Part shown: positions 12,477-25,499 of the stretch, in pieces
How the letters are laid out: the number at the start of each line of letters is the position of its first letter
Numbering within the stretch: the stretch's first letter is position 1
Assembly: GCA_002269645.1 (NCBI GenBank)
Contig: NIVC01000105.1
Location: forward strand, 163,992 to 227,991
From: Macrostomum lignano
Lineage: Eukaryota
Length of the DNA stretch: 64,000 nt
Reading direction: 5' to 3'
Notes under the pieces: model-generated
What the model was told of the DNA's origin: nothing
Database searches by the model: none
The model's input: the letters and a program-made list of their open reading frames with translations, nothing else
Translations under genes and position numbers: made by a program

Positions 12477-13846
12477 AGTGCAATCAGTAGTCAGTTACTG
12501 ATGTGCAATTTTCCGCTTTGGAGAAAATAGGTGGGTTCTTTAGATGGACAGAGGATGACAATATAGTTATTAGCCTAGAATAGATATAAACTTATTTGAC
12601 GTCAGTCTTCTTTAATCCACTTGCCTAACTTTGCTACGGATTTATAAAATGACTGTTACGTATGCAATAAATAAATAGCTTATTTTGCATCATGTCGAAT
12701 TCGTTCCCTGAGTGTTGTGTGGCAACACTTTAACAAAGACTTGCAATTTTAGGGTTGTACTAGCTTGTTTTATGGTTAAAGCTGCCCTCTCTTTACCAAA
12801 GTTTACCAGTCGTTTCTTTTATCAAAAACGCCATTTAGGCGACGTTTGGAGCATTGGAAGCATGTGATTCCGGCGCCCCGGTTCTTACCTTGACTTCCCC
12901 GCCCGACTTGCCAGCGAAACATTCTTCGGCTCTGGTCTGACGTCTTTGAGGAGTTGTGCCGGAAAGCGTGGTATAGATATAGTAGGGGCTTACGATTGGC
13001 AAAGTGCAGTATAATGTACCCGACCTCTTAACTGAGGAGCCTTCTCTGAACTTCCTCTTTTCCGAAAGCTAAGGCAATTATCTTTTCTTCGATTGCTCCA
13101 ACTAAGGTTGTTTAGGGATAAACTATTAATTGTCATTATCGCAACTATTACACATGTAACTGGGGAGCGAAGCGACACATTAATAGAAGGTTTATTGGTA
13201 TAATTCTTCCGGTAATTCGCAGCTAGTATTTTAACGTGCATAACCATGCAGTTCCGATTACAGGCACAGTTAGTGTAAGTGTAGCATTTTCAGGTGAGTG
13301 TAACATCTACGCGTTATAATAAACCTATTCTACATCTAAAACAATGGGTTTAAACAATCGGCATCTTCAAAGAGATAAAGAATATCGATTCTTAACTTAC
13401 AAAGAATAGCAAATTAATTAAGGGCATTCATCAGCCAGACACTGCGACATGCATGGCAGCTGCTGCATAATTTCTGGCGCCTGGCAGAATTGACTATACA
13501 AATTCGGAGAAGTAGTCGTGAACAATTCTTGATCATCAGGCTTGCATGGTTGCGCTCGTCGCATATTAATAGATATCATCGATCAAGTTACAATGAATTG
13601 TAATGCGCATGATATAATAATCAATTACCCGTGAAATCTTTTGAGCAGCGTTTCGCAAGAACGCATGAGATGAATATAGGAAGTTACTCTGTGAAATTTT
13701 CTGCATATCGATTGTGATCGGGCTTATAATTTTTATAAATACAGCAAAATGTGTCGGCAAGGAGGGATGCCGTATTAATTAATTCGATCGGATCCTACTT
13801 AAGTCTGCAGCCTTGTAATTCAAACCGAAGTTCCAAACCATTAACG

Positions 13847-14567
13847 ATGCTGTCCTCAATTACCTGCATCTTCATGTCAAGCATCCGTAAGTTTACTAAT
13901 GCTTAACTACATGTATACTTTTTGATATCCACTAGCTCAGAACCATATAAGTTTTACAGGTCAACATTTGATCAATTTACCGATCGAATTCCCTTCTGCA
14001 GTTGCTTACACGTACGCGACCTTCGTCGAAACTAACTCAATTGAATTTATCCCGAAATCATCGTTGGAGATTCCTCCCAATGTCTGTACGGTTGAAAGCG
14101 TCTCCTTGTCGAGAATTCGATCTGAACTCGAATGCCTGACAAAGTGCCCGAAAGGTGAGGCTCAATACTGCATTGCGATCAGCTATAATAAACAAAATGA
14201 AGAGTGTCGAGTTATCACTGCCGAGAGCGTGGTTGCCTATTCGATGAATGCTGCACCGGGAGTCACTCTGGCCTCTGATTCGGAATGGAAGATGTGGGTT
14301 GCTGGCAACATCGACAAATTTCTTCATATGGATACCACGACAACTAATAAGCCTGAGACAACAACGAATGAGCCTGGGACAACAACGAATAAGCCTGAGA
14401 CAACAACCAATGAGCCTGAGACAAGAACCAATGAGCCTGATGAGACAACAACGAATGAGCCTGAGACAACAACCAATGAGCCTGATGAGACAACAACCAA
14501 TGAGTCTGATGAGACAACAACAAATGAGCCTGAGACAACGAGTTTCTCTGGTACTACGATAGAATAA
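13847..14567 (+). CDS. Secreted protein with PAN/apple-like Cys domain and Thr-rich mucin-like tail (~201 aa); exons 13847-13886, 14002-14567
   Basis: MLSSITCIFMSSI C|gtaagt ... ttctgcag|TT GCT joins in phase to give signal peptide MLSSITCIFMSSILAYTYA. Then ECLTKC...CIAISYN...EC (PAN-like spacing), then (TTNEPE/DE)n. Confidence 0.72.
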
Positions 14568-15143
14568 GTTTGATCTACACGCTGTTTAACAATGAAGGGG
14601 ACGTGCTTGACTTTCAGAACATATCGACCCACTTTTGTTGCTTAAATACTTTGAGAAGCTGATCGAACTACATGAACAGCAAAAATCCCTGATTATAACC
14701 CGATAAAATCGTCAAACTATTAAAATACATTGCACTAAATGCATCTAATATTTGCGCAAACGCTACCTAAATTACGCGTACCTTTATTTTTTTTCACCTG
14801 CATTTAATAGTCTTTATAAACTTCCATAACGACAAATTTTCTAATCCTCTCAATCATCTTAATCATCATTGAAGTCAGTAAGACGGTGTGAAAGTTTAAT
14901 TTTTTAAAGGAAAATTAAAACAAGTTCATGGGTCAGTATATTTTAGCATTTGAAGTACAATCAGACGCGATGCAAAATTTTATCAGACAGGCATTAACGA
15001 AAAGTGAAATAGACAGCTCAAATGAAAGGCAAAAAGTTTTGATGAGGAAATAAAATGTAAATGTCGATTAGGATGCAGTTGGTATTATTCACGCATAGTG
15101 TTTCGTCACTTTGGTTCAATGTTCATGAAAAAATACTAATAAT

Positions 15144-15896
<753 letters not shown>

Positions 15897-15968
15897 TTAA
15901 AGTAGCAGCTTAGCTGATTTAGCCTTTGCCAGTTAGATAGCATGCAGAACCCTCTTGCGTTTGCTCTG

Positions 15969-16172
15969 TATTTATAGGCGAAGCGTCTATGTGACTTGAT
16001 CTATTTTTAGTCTTTTGTGCGGCCATAGTTTATTCTAGAATTTTCTATCTGTTGCTAAAAATAGAAACATTCGTTGCACCGACGCAATTCCAGTTGGACC
16101 GGAAAAGTGGAATGGTTTGTTTGCTTATAGCGTTTTTGTCTGCTATTTTCTGCGTTTGATAAAATGACGTCA
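15969..16172 (-). promoter_or_regulatory. Polyubiquitin promoter: TATA box (15969-15976), heat-shock element (16033-16045), CRE (16165-16172)
   Basis: TATAAATA on the minus strand; TTCtaGAAttTTC is a perfect 3-unit nGAAn HSE ~57 bp upstream of it; palindromic TGACGTCA. Polyubiquitin genes are classic HSF targets. Confidence 0.75.
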
Positions 16173-16307
16173 GTATCCAAAATTGGAATTTTCGTACCGT
16201 CATAGTCTGCCCGACGATTTAGGTTTAGGGTTCACATGAAGGTTTAGGTTTATATGTATGTAGCTAGGTTAGGTCTTACATGCGTATAAGGTTAGAGTTA
16301 GGGATTC

Positions 16308-17080
16308 AGCACCAAGTGGCGCCAAGCACCAAGGGGCGCCAAGCACCAAGGGGCGCCAAGCACCAAGGGGCGCCAAGCACCAAGGGGCGCCAAGCACCAA
16401 GTGGCGCCAAGCACCAAGGGGCGCCAAGCACCAAGGGGCGCCAAGCACCAAGGGGCGCCAAGCACCAAGGGGCGCCAAGCACCAAGGGGCGCCAAGCACC
16501 AAGGGGCGCCAATTAGCACCAAGGGGCGCCAAGCACCAAGGGGCGCCAATTAGCACCAAGGGGCGCCGAGCACCAAGGGGCGCCAATTAGCACCAAGGGG
16601 CGCCAAGCACCAAGGGGCGCCAATTAGCACCAAGGGGCGCCAAGCACCAAGGGGCGCCAATTAGCACCAAGGGGCGCCAAGCACCAAGGGGCGCCAATTA
16701 GCAACAAGGGGCGCCAAGCACCAAGGGGCGCCAATTAGCACCAAGGGGCGCCAAGCACCAAGGGGCGCCAATTAGCACCAAGGGGCGCCAATTAGCACCA
16801 AGGGGCGCCAAGCACCAAGGGGCGCCAATTAGCACCAAGGGGCGCCAATTAGCACCAAGGGGCGCCAAGCACCAAGGGGCGCCAAGCACCAAGGGGCGCC
16901 AAGCACCAAGGGGCTCCAAGCACCAAGGGGCGCCAAGCACCAAGGGGCGCCAAGCACCAAGGGGCGCCAATTAGCACCAAGGGGCGCCAATTAGCACCAA
17001 GGGACGCCAAGCACCAAGGGGCGCCAAGCACCAAGGGGCGCCAAGCACCAAGGGGCTCCAAGCACCAAGGGGCGCCAAGC
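16308..17080. repeat. 17/20-bp mosaic minisatellite AGCACCAAGGGGCGCCA(ATT)
   Basis: About 40 copies; 17-mers first, then interleaved 20-mers; preceded by degenerate TTAGG(G)-rich tract at 16218-16305. Confidence 0.95.
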
Positions 17081-17976
17081 AAAAGGCGAACAAAGAATCC
17101 AAAAATCAATATCTGAATTAGTAATTATTTACCTAGTACCCTTACGGATTTATTTTGAGATTATGGAATACAAGAAATTCAATATGAATTTACTCGTAGA
17201 ACAATTAAAAAGCAATAAAGGTGTAGTAATTTTGAGCACTATAAATTAAATTAAATACTATTAACATTCAAATATATAAAGTTAAATAAATTATATTATA
17301 TCGTTCGCCGAAGTGATCATTGCATTCCCCGAAATGGATTCTCTGAAATGGTCTCTCGCCGAATTGGCCTTTCGCCGAAATGGACTGAAACCCGTCAGGG
17401 GTCGTCAGTGGCATACACTCAGGAGTTGTACACCAGCCTCATATCCAGCATGAATGCATGAATGTGCGCGAAAATTTTCGATGAAAAATCCAAATAGAGT
17501 TAGCTCGTCAAAAGGTCAAAGGTTAATGGAAATGACTGTGCACTAAATTAAAATTGCGATTCTTTAGCTCAAAACTACTGCTAGTAGGCCTACACGCATA
17601 TGTAAGTGTTGCAATAAAAATATATTCCAATGTTTATTTTTAATTTAAACGAACTTGTTTGTTGATTTAAACGCAACAGTCCATGTATATTTAGGAATAA
17701 GGTGTAATTTAGGGGTTTAATACTCGTTTTAGCGTAATAAAGCCACCTTATATAATTAATATAATTAGATATATTCATGCTGTGCATTGCTGTTATGCAT
17801 TATTCGCTACATATCGGAAAAATTGTGTGATAATTAAAATCTTGCAAGGAAAAAGTAGTTTATTTAATTCTCCGACCGTCTGTCATGCTTAAATATAATA
17901 ACGTTGCACTTTTGTAGATTGAAAAAGGATAAAGAAGCCAAAACACACTCAGGAAAAAAAAACGAAAAAAATTAGT

Positions 17977-18049
17977 CGACCCAGGCAGGACTCGAACCTG
18001 CAATCTTCTGATCCGAAGTCAGACGCCTTATCCATTAGGCCACTGGGCC
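17977..18049 (-). tRNA. trnR-TCG: tRNA-Arg (anticodon TCG), 73 nt, intronless
   Basis: GGCCCAGTGGCCTAATGGATAAGGCGTCTGACTTCGGATCAGAAGATTGCAGGTTCGAGTCCTGCCTGGGTCG. Has A box, B box (GGTTCGAGTCC), paired acceptor stem, and downstream T-runs as Pol III terminator. Confidence 0.97.
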
Positions 18050-18589
18050 CTGAGTTATGGGGACGGACATTTTATTTTTAAACAAAGCACTAAGCGATAC
18101 CTTGATGGCTAGTAGGTCCTGCAATAATTTTTTTGCCTACTAACTTAAAGCAGGAAAATGGCTCAACTGATCAGGTGGCCGGAACCGTACCTTCAGAACT
18201 CAAAGCACTTGTTTACAATAAAATAAACGACATCCGTAAAACTGCTCTGCTGTAAAAGCGTTATTTCTGTAAATGTCCCAGAAGCACTATCTATTATGAG
18301 TACGAGTACACAGACCTATTTGGTCCAGAATTGTTAGTTAAAACATTTTTAATAATGAAACAATTTATTAAATAATGAGCAATGGCTAATTAAAAATAAT
18401 CTAGATTTTGACGACAAGTTTCAAGTAGAAATATTGGTTGTAGTATGCATTCATGTTAGGGTTTAGTAGTATCGTACCATATTGTTAAAATAAATCTAAT
18501 CGTCTTAGATAAATCTGGGACTTTAAAATATGTTGAAAGCATGTGAAACTAATTTCAGATTTACATAGCATGCTGTTGAAGCCTAATCT

Positions 18590-19020
18590 AACAGGTGACA
18601 CCACCCCCTGTCTAACAGGTGTGACACTACGCGCCCCTGTCTAACAGGTGTGACACTAACCCCTGTCTAACATGTGTGACACTATTCCCTGTCTAACAAG
18701 TGTGACACTATCCCCTGTCTAACAGGTGACACTATCCCATGTCTAACAAGTGTAACACTATCCCCTGTCTAGCCGGTGACACTATCCCCTGTCTAGCCGG
18801 TGACACTATCCCCTGTCTAACAGTTGACACTATCCCCTGTCTAACAGTTGACACTATCCCCTGTCTAACAGTTGACACTATCCCCTGTCTAACAGTTGAC
18901 ACTATCCCCTGTCTAACAGTTGACACTATCCCCTGTTTAACAGGTATGACACTATCCCTTGTCTAACAGATGACACTATCCCCTGTCAACAGGTAACTCG
19001 ATCTATCCCCTGTCCAACAA
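18590..19020. repeat. 24-bp minisatellite TGACACTATCCCCTGTCTAACAG(G/T)
   Basis: About 17 copies, degenerate at both ends. Confidence 0.92.
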
Positions 19021-19881
19021 GGTACTAAATCAATGTTTTTATCGAACTAAGAACGCAGTCAATTTCAACAATCATAGAGACAAGACAAAGTTCAGTCACT
19101 TTAATATTAATCTTAACACGACATTTTTTAACACAAAACTTTTTTATCTCAGTTTCATTTATTAAAACAAAGCGTACATGCGGCTTTATTCAATAAAATG
19201 GTGCCAAAAATGATATGAAAATTACAGGCTTGAAAGCGCATTATACATCGAAGCTATCGAGAGAATAGTAATAATAATACTAGTAAAAACAAAAATATTA
19301 CGTACATGTATAACATTGGAAATTAAAAGCTTGTAAAATTACACAATTACACTGTATAGACAGATGCATAATGTTATAGGAGAACATGTACGACCGTAAA
19401 TACATACAGTACAAGGACTTAAGGGTATTTAGTGATTCGCCTTATAATGGACTGTGATACCTAAACATAGGAATAGATCTTGCGCAATTGACATCGCACT
19501 TTCACGAGCTCATATGTAGTCCCAGGGTTGTGCATCCATGGATTAAAAAAAGTTAAAATTTACCTCACGAAGCAACTGCAAATTTACATGTACAAACTAC
19601 AAAAATGTGACTCAGACATTTAAAAGTTATATGGCAGGTGCCATTATAATAAACTACTAGCGTGTGCAAAACAGCGCGGTTGACAAGATATTAGATAAAA
19701 TCATTTTAGCCTCTTTTTTCCGACTTTTCAGATTGACAACGGATTAAAAAAAACTTTAAAAAGTGCAAGTTGTCATTATTAGTTAATAATGATTTAGTTA
19801 AAGTGCATATGACTGACAATGACTCACAGAATATCGAAACAAATATTTGTTATTTCGTTATGTCTAATCGAAGTTTGCCAC

Positions 19882-20313
19882 GACTTGCGAAGACGTATTA
19901 AACATTCGCCGACACTTATTCAGACACTTCTACAGACACTTTAGTTTCTTTCGTACGAATCGTAGGAACAAGCAATAAATTTGTTTATTCCTAATAAACT
20001 GCTTTAGTAAACTGCTTTATTTTAAGCTTTTTTTTGCTTTATTTTTTTAAATATGAATCATGAAATTTGTTATTCTGCATAAATTGTCTTCACGTGAAGA
20101 AGAATGTTAAATTTGTCCAGGACACTTCCTAATTCATATTTAATAAAATAAAGCAAAAAAAGCTTAAAATAAAGCAGTTTACTGATAGTTTGTTAGGAAT
20201 AAACTAATTTAATGCTTGTTTCTACAATCCTACGATTCGTACGACAGAAAATAAAGTGTCTGTAGAAGTGTCTGAACAAGTGTCGGCGAATGTTCAATAC
20301 GTCTTGCGAAGTC
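19882..20313. mobile_element. MITE/foldback-like element with ~180-bp inverted arms (19882-20058, 20132-20313)
   Basis: Left arm gacttgcgaagacgtattaaacattcgccgacacttattcagacacttctacagacac... matches the reverse complement of the right arm ...gtgtctgtagaagtgtctgaacaagtgtcggcgaatgttcaatacgtcttgcgaagtc. ~73-bp loop. No clear TSD. Confidence 0.72.
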
Positions 20314-20618
20314 ATTTCTTATCAAGCGTTAAAACAAAGTTTCATTCTGATTTTCGGGAGCAAAAGCCAACTTATCGTTAAAAATAAAAATTGCCTTTAA
20401 AGGACAAACATGGCAACCGAAAAAATTTGCTTAGTTGGTAATTAAATAATTTACAAATTAATTTCATCCAAAGTTGATATGCAAATCGTTTATTGAGTAC
20501 ATGTTCAATAGTAGGATTAACTTTTATAACCTAGCTCATGTGCTCATGTGCGAAATAACTCGCCTTGCTGAGTCTTTTACTTGTTGGTATTATTTAGTTA
20601 TTCAATAGTTGCTTCGAT

Positions 20619-22013
20619 TCAGTAGGACACTCGCCTCACCTGAGCATTGGTTGGCACCTGCAATAGGCAGGTTTTAACCGAGCTCTGCAGCTGCAGCTCG
20701 TGAATATTCGCCTCGCTGCAACGCGGCGTTCTGTCGTAATCGTTCAGCACTGTGGTCAGGTCGGCATGGCCTCGGCTGTCGCATTTGATAAACACTTGGT
20801 GAAAGGTCTTGCGGAACTTCGTTGAGAAGCAGGAGTAGAGAACAAAGTTGCAGGCGGCGTTCAACAGAAGCAGAAGATTGACGATGGCGCTGAGAATCGG
20901 TTCGTACCGACTGCCCGAGCACTGCGAGCTCGAGTGCGGCTCGATCGCCTTCTTCAGCGTGACGAATGCGGATGGTAGCTGGCAAAAGCAGAACACAATC
21001 ACCACAGCAATGAGCATCACCGTGATCTTCTGCTCAGAGTTGGCTCGCAGCTTCCGGTTCCCTCCGCCGCTTGTTGGCGACTGCATCTTGCCCAGGGCGC
21101 GGGCCGCTTTAGCCGAAGCGCCGCCGAATGCGCGCCCAGCGCCGGCGCCGCTGCCTCCGGCGTTGCTTCCGCTGCTGCCGGCAGTCAAGCCCACGCTGCT
21201 GCAGACGCTTGCCCGCGGCGTAGCCACCGTCAGCATCGGAATCTGGGCATACTGCTGCGATGGACGCGGAGTGGACGACGGCCGACGCGGGATTAGGGCC
21301 GCGCTGAGCTCCTCCTGCTTCTTTTTGGCGCGGACTACGCTGCCGATGAGCAGACTGTTAAACACGGCCAGGAACACGAGCGGGCCAAAGATGAACACGA
21401 TTGGCAACAGGTGGTAGTACCCGTACTGCTTCATCACTAGGTAGGCCTGAGTCTTGCCCAAAGTATACACAGCTGGCGCGGAAGTTGAATTACCTTTATT
21501 CTGACTGTCCACTTGATACTCCAGGAAATTGGGAAAGGTGAAGAACAACGTGGCCAAGAAAATTACCGCGATAGTATGCTTAGCCCGTTCCTTTGTGCAG
21601 TACTTTCTGCCGAACATGGGCTTATAGACTACCACCCATCTCTCGAAAGTGAAGAAGCAGGTTAGCCAGGTGGCAAAGTTGCTAAACAGATTCGCTAACG
21701 GGAACATTGCCGCCAGCAGGTGGAAGAACCACGCTTGATAGCGTACACCTGGATAGACTTTAACCGTGATTAGATAGAATAGCAGCAAGTAGATTACATC
21801 CGTGATAGCCAGCGCTGTCAGGTAATAATTAGTCGACGAGGCCATCCATTTACGAGTGAGCACAACAATGTTGACCGAGTTGGCCGCGATGCCTAGCAGG
21901 GCCAGGCCCGGCGTGATGCACACCAGGAACATCCGGGAGATGTTCAGGATCGAGCTGCGCTCAGCCAAGTCCTCGGCCGTCTCGTTCGGGCACAGGGCGG
22001 TTAGGGAGGACAT
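20619..22013 (-). CDS. Rhodopsin-family neuropeptide GPCR (FMRFamide/myosuppressin/sex-peptide-receptor-like), 464 aa, single coding exon
   Basis: Seven hydrophobic segments; GIAAN (TM1), STNYYLTALAITD (TM2), TFERW (TM3), FCFCQLP (TM6), NAACNFVLY...KFR (TM7/H8). A (CT)n-cgcag acceptor at 22017 just upstream makes ATG 22013 the likely start, not 22196. Confidence 0.9.
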   Translation of the reverse strand: MSSLTALCPNETAEDLAERSSILNISRMFLVCITPGLALLGIAANSVNIVVLTRKWMASSTNYYLTALAITDVIYLLLFYLITVKVYPGVRYQAWFFHLLAAMFPLANLFSNFATWLTCFFTFERWVVVYKPMFGRKYCTKERAKHTIAVIFLATLFFTFPNFLEYQVDSQNKGNSTSAPAVYTLGKTQAYLVMKQYGYYHLLPIVFIFGPLVFLAVFNSLLIGSVVRAKKKQEELSAALIPRRPSSTPRPSQQYAQIPMLTVATPRASVCSSVGLTAGSSGSNAGGSGAGAGRAFGGASAKAARALGKMQSPTSGGGNRKLRANSEQKITVMLIAVVIVFCFCQLPSAFVTLKKAIEPHSSSQCSGSRYEPILSAIVNLLLLLNAACNFVLYSCFSTKFRKTFHQVFIKCDSRGHADLTTVLNDYDRTPRCSEANIHELQLQSSVKTCLLQVPTNAQVRRVSY

Positions 22014-23944
22014 TGCCTGCGAGAGAGAGAGAGAGAGAAAGAAGTAATTCGAATCTGCAGATGACGCTTCGATACTATGGAACGTAAGCAACCTATCCAA
22101 AAAATTTTCCATAAAAATTTTACAATTTATTAAAAAGTAATAGAAGTTTGAAACTTTGAAGCTGATAAAGCATAACTTTGGACTAGATAAGATCAATCAC
22201 ACATACATACATACAAACAACTCATTTTTAGTATATTGGACTAGCAATCAGCGTCCCCCATTAGGGAGGCAATAAAGAAAGAAATAAAAATTCCGAATAT
22301 ACTGAACTACATTTAGATTAAGACCCTGCAAGCTTTAGCATCAGAGCCTCCCTTTAAGCTATGCTTCAACCTGCCTCTCCCGTCTACCCTTGGCTTGGTG
22401 GCATCTTAACAACTCCCCTCCATGAGCCATAGAATCTCATCAGTTCCCTCATGAGCTTTGACATCTCAGCAATCTTCAAATGAACCTTGATTTCTCAGAA
22501 ATTCCCGCCAAGAGCCACAGCAATTCTAAAAATAGAACTTAACCTTTGTCACGCGGTCTCATGTCTGAGAATTTGATTGATTTCTGAGACAGGATATAGG
22601 GAAGTGAGACTGATTGAAGTCTCCAGCTTAGACAGATTACGGAAGAGGGTCGCAGGAACTGACTGACTGACTGACTCCCCGTCCGTATCTGAACTGTTTC
22701 CCTAGACGAATATGACAATGAATTATGATGATGAAAAAACACACACGACCACATCGCTAGGCTGAATGCTGAGTCCTTGCTCAAGCCGGCCTCAAAGATC
22801 ACTACTTAGGCCTCCGAGGCGGAAGTCTAGGGAAAAAAATAGGAAGCAAACCAGGACTCAGCAAGCAGATGGGATGGGATGGGGTTGAGAAGAGGAGAAG
22901 AGCTGCGCAACAAAGCTGAGCTACCCCCCCATTCAACCCATCCACATAATGAATGAAGTGAAAGGATGGCACCCGGAGAGGATATTGGCTTGCTGACTGA
23001 AATGGAGAGATCTGTAATATAGTCCCCTGTGTTAGGACTAATGGCTGGTCTCTTCTAGCCAAAGAAATACGAAACCGGTTCAAAAATATTCCCTCTATCT
23101 ATTATACAGAGGCAACAGGAGGAAACAAACTGATACGCTTGCTTGCGACTGTCGCAAAAGTCACAAAAGAACTCCGATTGCTACAGGGGAAGACGGAGGG
23201 TTGCACTACTTGGGGAAGAGACGAGTTCACGCGGGATGGGCGTGAATTCGATTTTTCCAGTAATTACTGGGACATGAGATGTGATACTGTGTAGCCATTT
23301 GCGCGAGTAGAACAAAGTACATCGGGTTGACTGACATGGTGTGTGACGGTCAGTGATAAAACTATCAGTTGTAGGTAGAGACATTGTTAAACCATCAGAG
23401 TAGTAGTACACAGTACACGAAATTCTAGAAAAAAAATTTGCTCCAAAAGAGCGCAACTAATGAGCTTTCAACCGGGGATACGCTCTTAGTCGCAACGAAA
23501 TCCGAGGGAATTAGTTCTGCTTAAAGTCCTGCCGTGGTGATGAGGGAAACAGGCCAAGAAGGGAAATCAGCATTAGCCCCGACTGCGGCAGAATCTGCAG
23601 CATCTCCAAAAAAGACAATTTCATCCGCTGAGCTCACACAGCCTATACTCAAGTCTGCGTAGGAGATTGTTTGTCTAATCACCATAATTTGCTAAAGGCT
23701 TGTGTGCTCGCCTGCTTACCAATTCCCTCTGCTCTCATCTCATCTGCTTGCCTCGCCTCGCTTGCAGCAATAGTGTGAACACACTACAGGGGAGCGCTGA
23801 GATGTACTGGGACTGGAATTGTTTTTTTAACAAGAGCTTCAGTGTGCGCGCCAACTTCCTACAAAATCTTGCAAACGTGGCTTACACAGCAGTTTTTAAT
23901 TGAAAGGAGGACGCCAGTTTTTGGAGGCTTCGTTGGCGCCCCTC

Positions 23945-24545
23945 TATCTTGTTGGGGCGTCCCTGTCTCTTGATGGGGCGTTCTTGTCTCTTAGTGGGGC
24001 GTCCCTGTCTCTTGATGGGGCGTTCTTGTCTCTTATTGGGGCGTCCCTGTCTCTTGTTGGGGCGTCCCTGTCTCTTAGTGGGGCGTCCCTGTCTCTTGTT
24101 GGGGCGTCCCTGTCTCTTGTTGGGGCGTCCCTGTGTCTTGTTGGGGCGTCCCTGTCTCTTAGTGGCGCGCCCCTGTCTCTTGGTGAGCGCTTCTGTCACT
24201 TGATGGGCGCCTCTGGTCTCTTGATGGGCGTCCCTTCTCTTGGTGGGGCGCCTCTGTCTCTTATTTGGCGCCCCTGTTTCTTGGTTGGCGCCCCTGTCTC
24301 TTGGTGGGCGCCCCTGTCTCTTGGTGGGCGCCCCTGTCTCTTGGTGGGGCGCCTCTGTCTCTTATTTGGCGCCCCTGTTTCTTGGTTGGCGCCCCTGTCT
24401 CTTGGTGGGCGCCCCTGTCTCTTGGTGGGCGCCCCTGTTTCTTGGTGGGCGCCCCTGTCTCTTGGTGGGCGCCCCTGTTTCTTGGTGGGCGCCCCTGTCT
24501 CTTGGTGGGCGCCCCTGTTTCTTGGTGGGCGTCCCTGTCTCTTGT
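23945..24545. repeat. 21/20-bp minisatellite GGGCG(T/C)CCCTGTCTCTT(G/A)(T/G)T(G)
   Basis: 21-mers grade into 20-mers (gggcgcccctgtctcttggt); short copy of the same family at 43460-43520. Confidence 0.93.
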
Positions 24546-25210
24546 TTCTCCAGAGACTCACTCCAGAGCATACTGAATACACTAGCGATGTGAAAACATT
24601 CCTTGCCGTCCACTTTGATGAATGACCCACTTTGTTTCCAATCCAGATATCTAGTTACTAGGAGTCCATAATTGGCAATATGGGCCTGTACGTGCATCCA
24701 TTATGCAAATCCTAGCCTAGGACTCCGACTCGAACTTAGCGTTGACATGTTCGTGCCAGCAACCTCCGGAAAAAGTCTAAACTAAAAAATTTGCTTTTCA
24801 GAGGTCAGCTACGAACTGCCCTCGTGCCCAGCAAACTTCAAACTCGCGGACAGAACGTATAAAAAGTACAAATTTAACGCATACACAATTCAGTAGTGTC
24901 CAGGCTGCAAGATTTTCGAAAACCTCCGGAATGCACGTTAAAAAGTTTTACATCAATTTAAAACGGATGAAAATCAGATTTTCAAGGTTTTGTTTCGTTG
25001 GAATCAAGGCAGTTAACCGAAAGATTTCTTGGGAAATGGGATGCCCGCAATGTTTGTCTGCCTTCCTTGGTGAAATAGATGTTTTTTCCCTGGAAAGTAC
25101 TAAATGCGCATCGGTAATGCTTCCCCATAGTAACCCGGTTAGAACTACCTAGAACAATCTACCACAGAGATGCATTCCCTGCAGTGGTTTGATCCCATTC
25201 CCTCTCTCTG

Positions 25211-25249
<39 letters not shown>

Positions 25250-25499
25250 GCTATCTTATATCTTTTTTATCCCGGACAATCTCCCGAAGTGCCGGCGCAC
25301 TGATGGAAACGAATCGTTTGTGGACTTGAAGGGCCGGCGATCGCATGGGAAACACTCGGAGCGTGGCGAGTTGAGGACTAGGAGAATCGAGGACAGGGGG
25401 GAGAGAGTCTTGGGATTAAAAATGCAAGAATTTGGGAAAAGAATTTGGTGGGGGACAGCTAGATGGAATTGTTAACGGAAGCACTGCTGTGACAGGTAG

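Noticed and set aside
12990-13247. ORF with faint resemblance to the Helitron/Pif1 motif FPVRLAFAMTINK (PVTCVIVAIMTINS)
   Set aside because: Too short and weak to support without a search; no other helicase motifs nearby.
16218-16305. Interstitial telomere
   Set aside because: Only scattered, degenerate TTAGG(G) words, not a true (TTAGGG)n run.
22014-22196. N-terminal extension of the GPCR ORF (MILSSPKL...)
   Set aside because: AT-rich and contains a (CT)n-CAG acceptor; intronic rather than coding.
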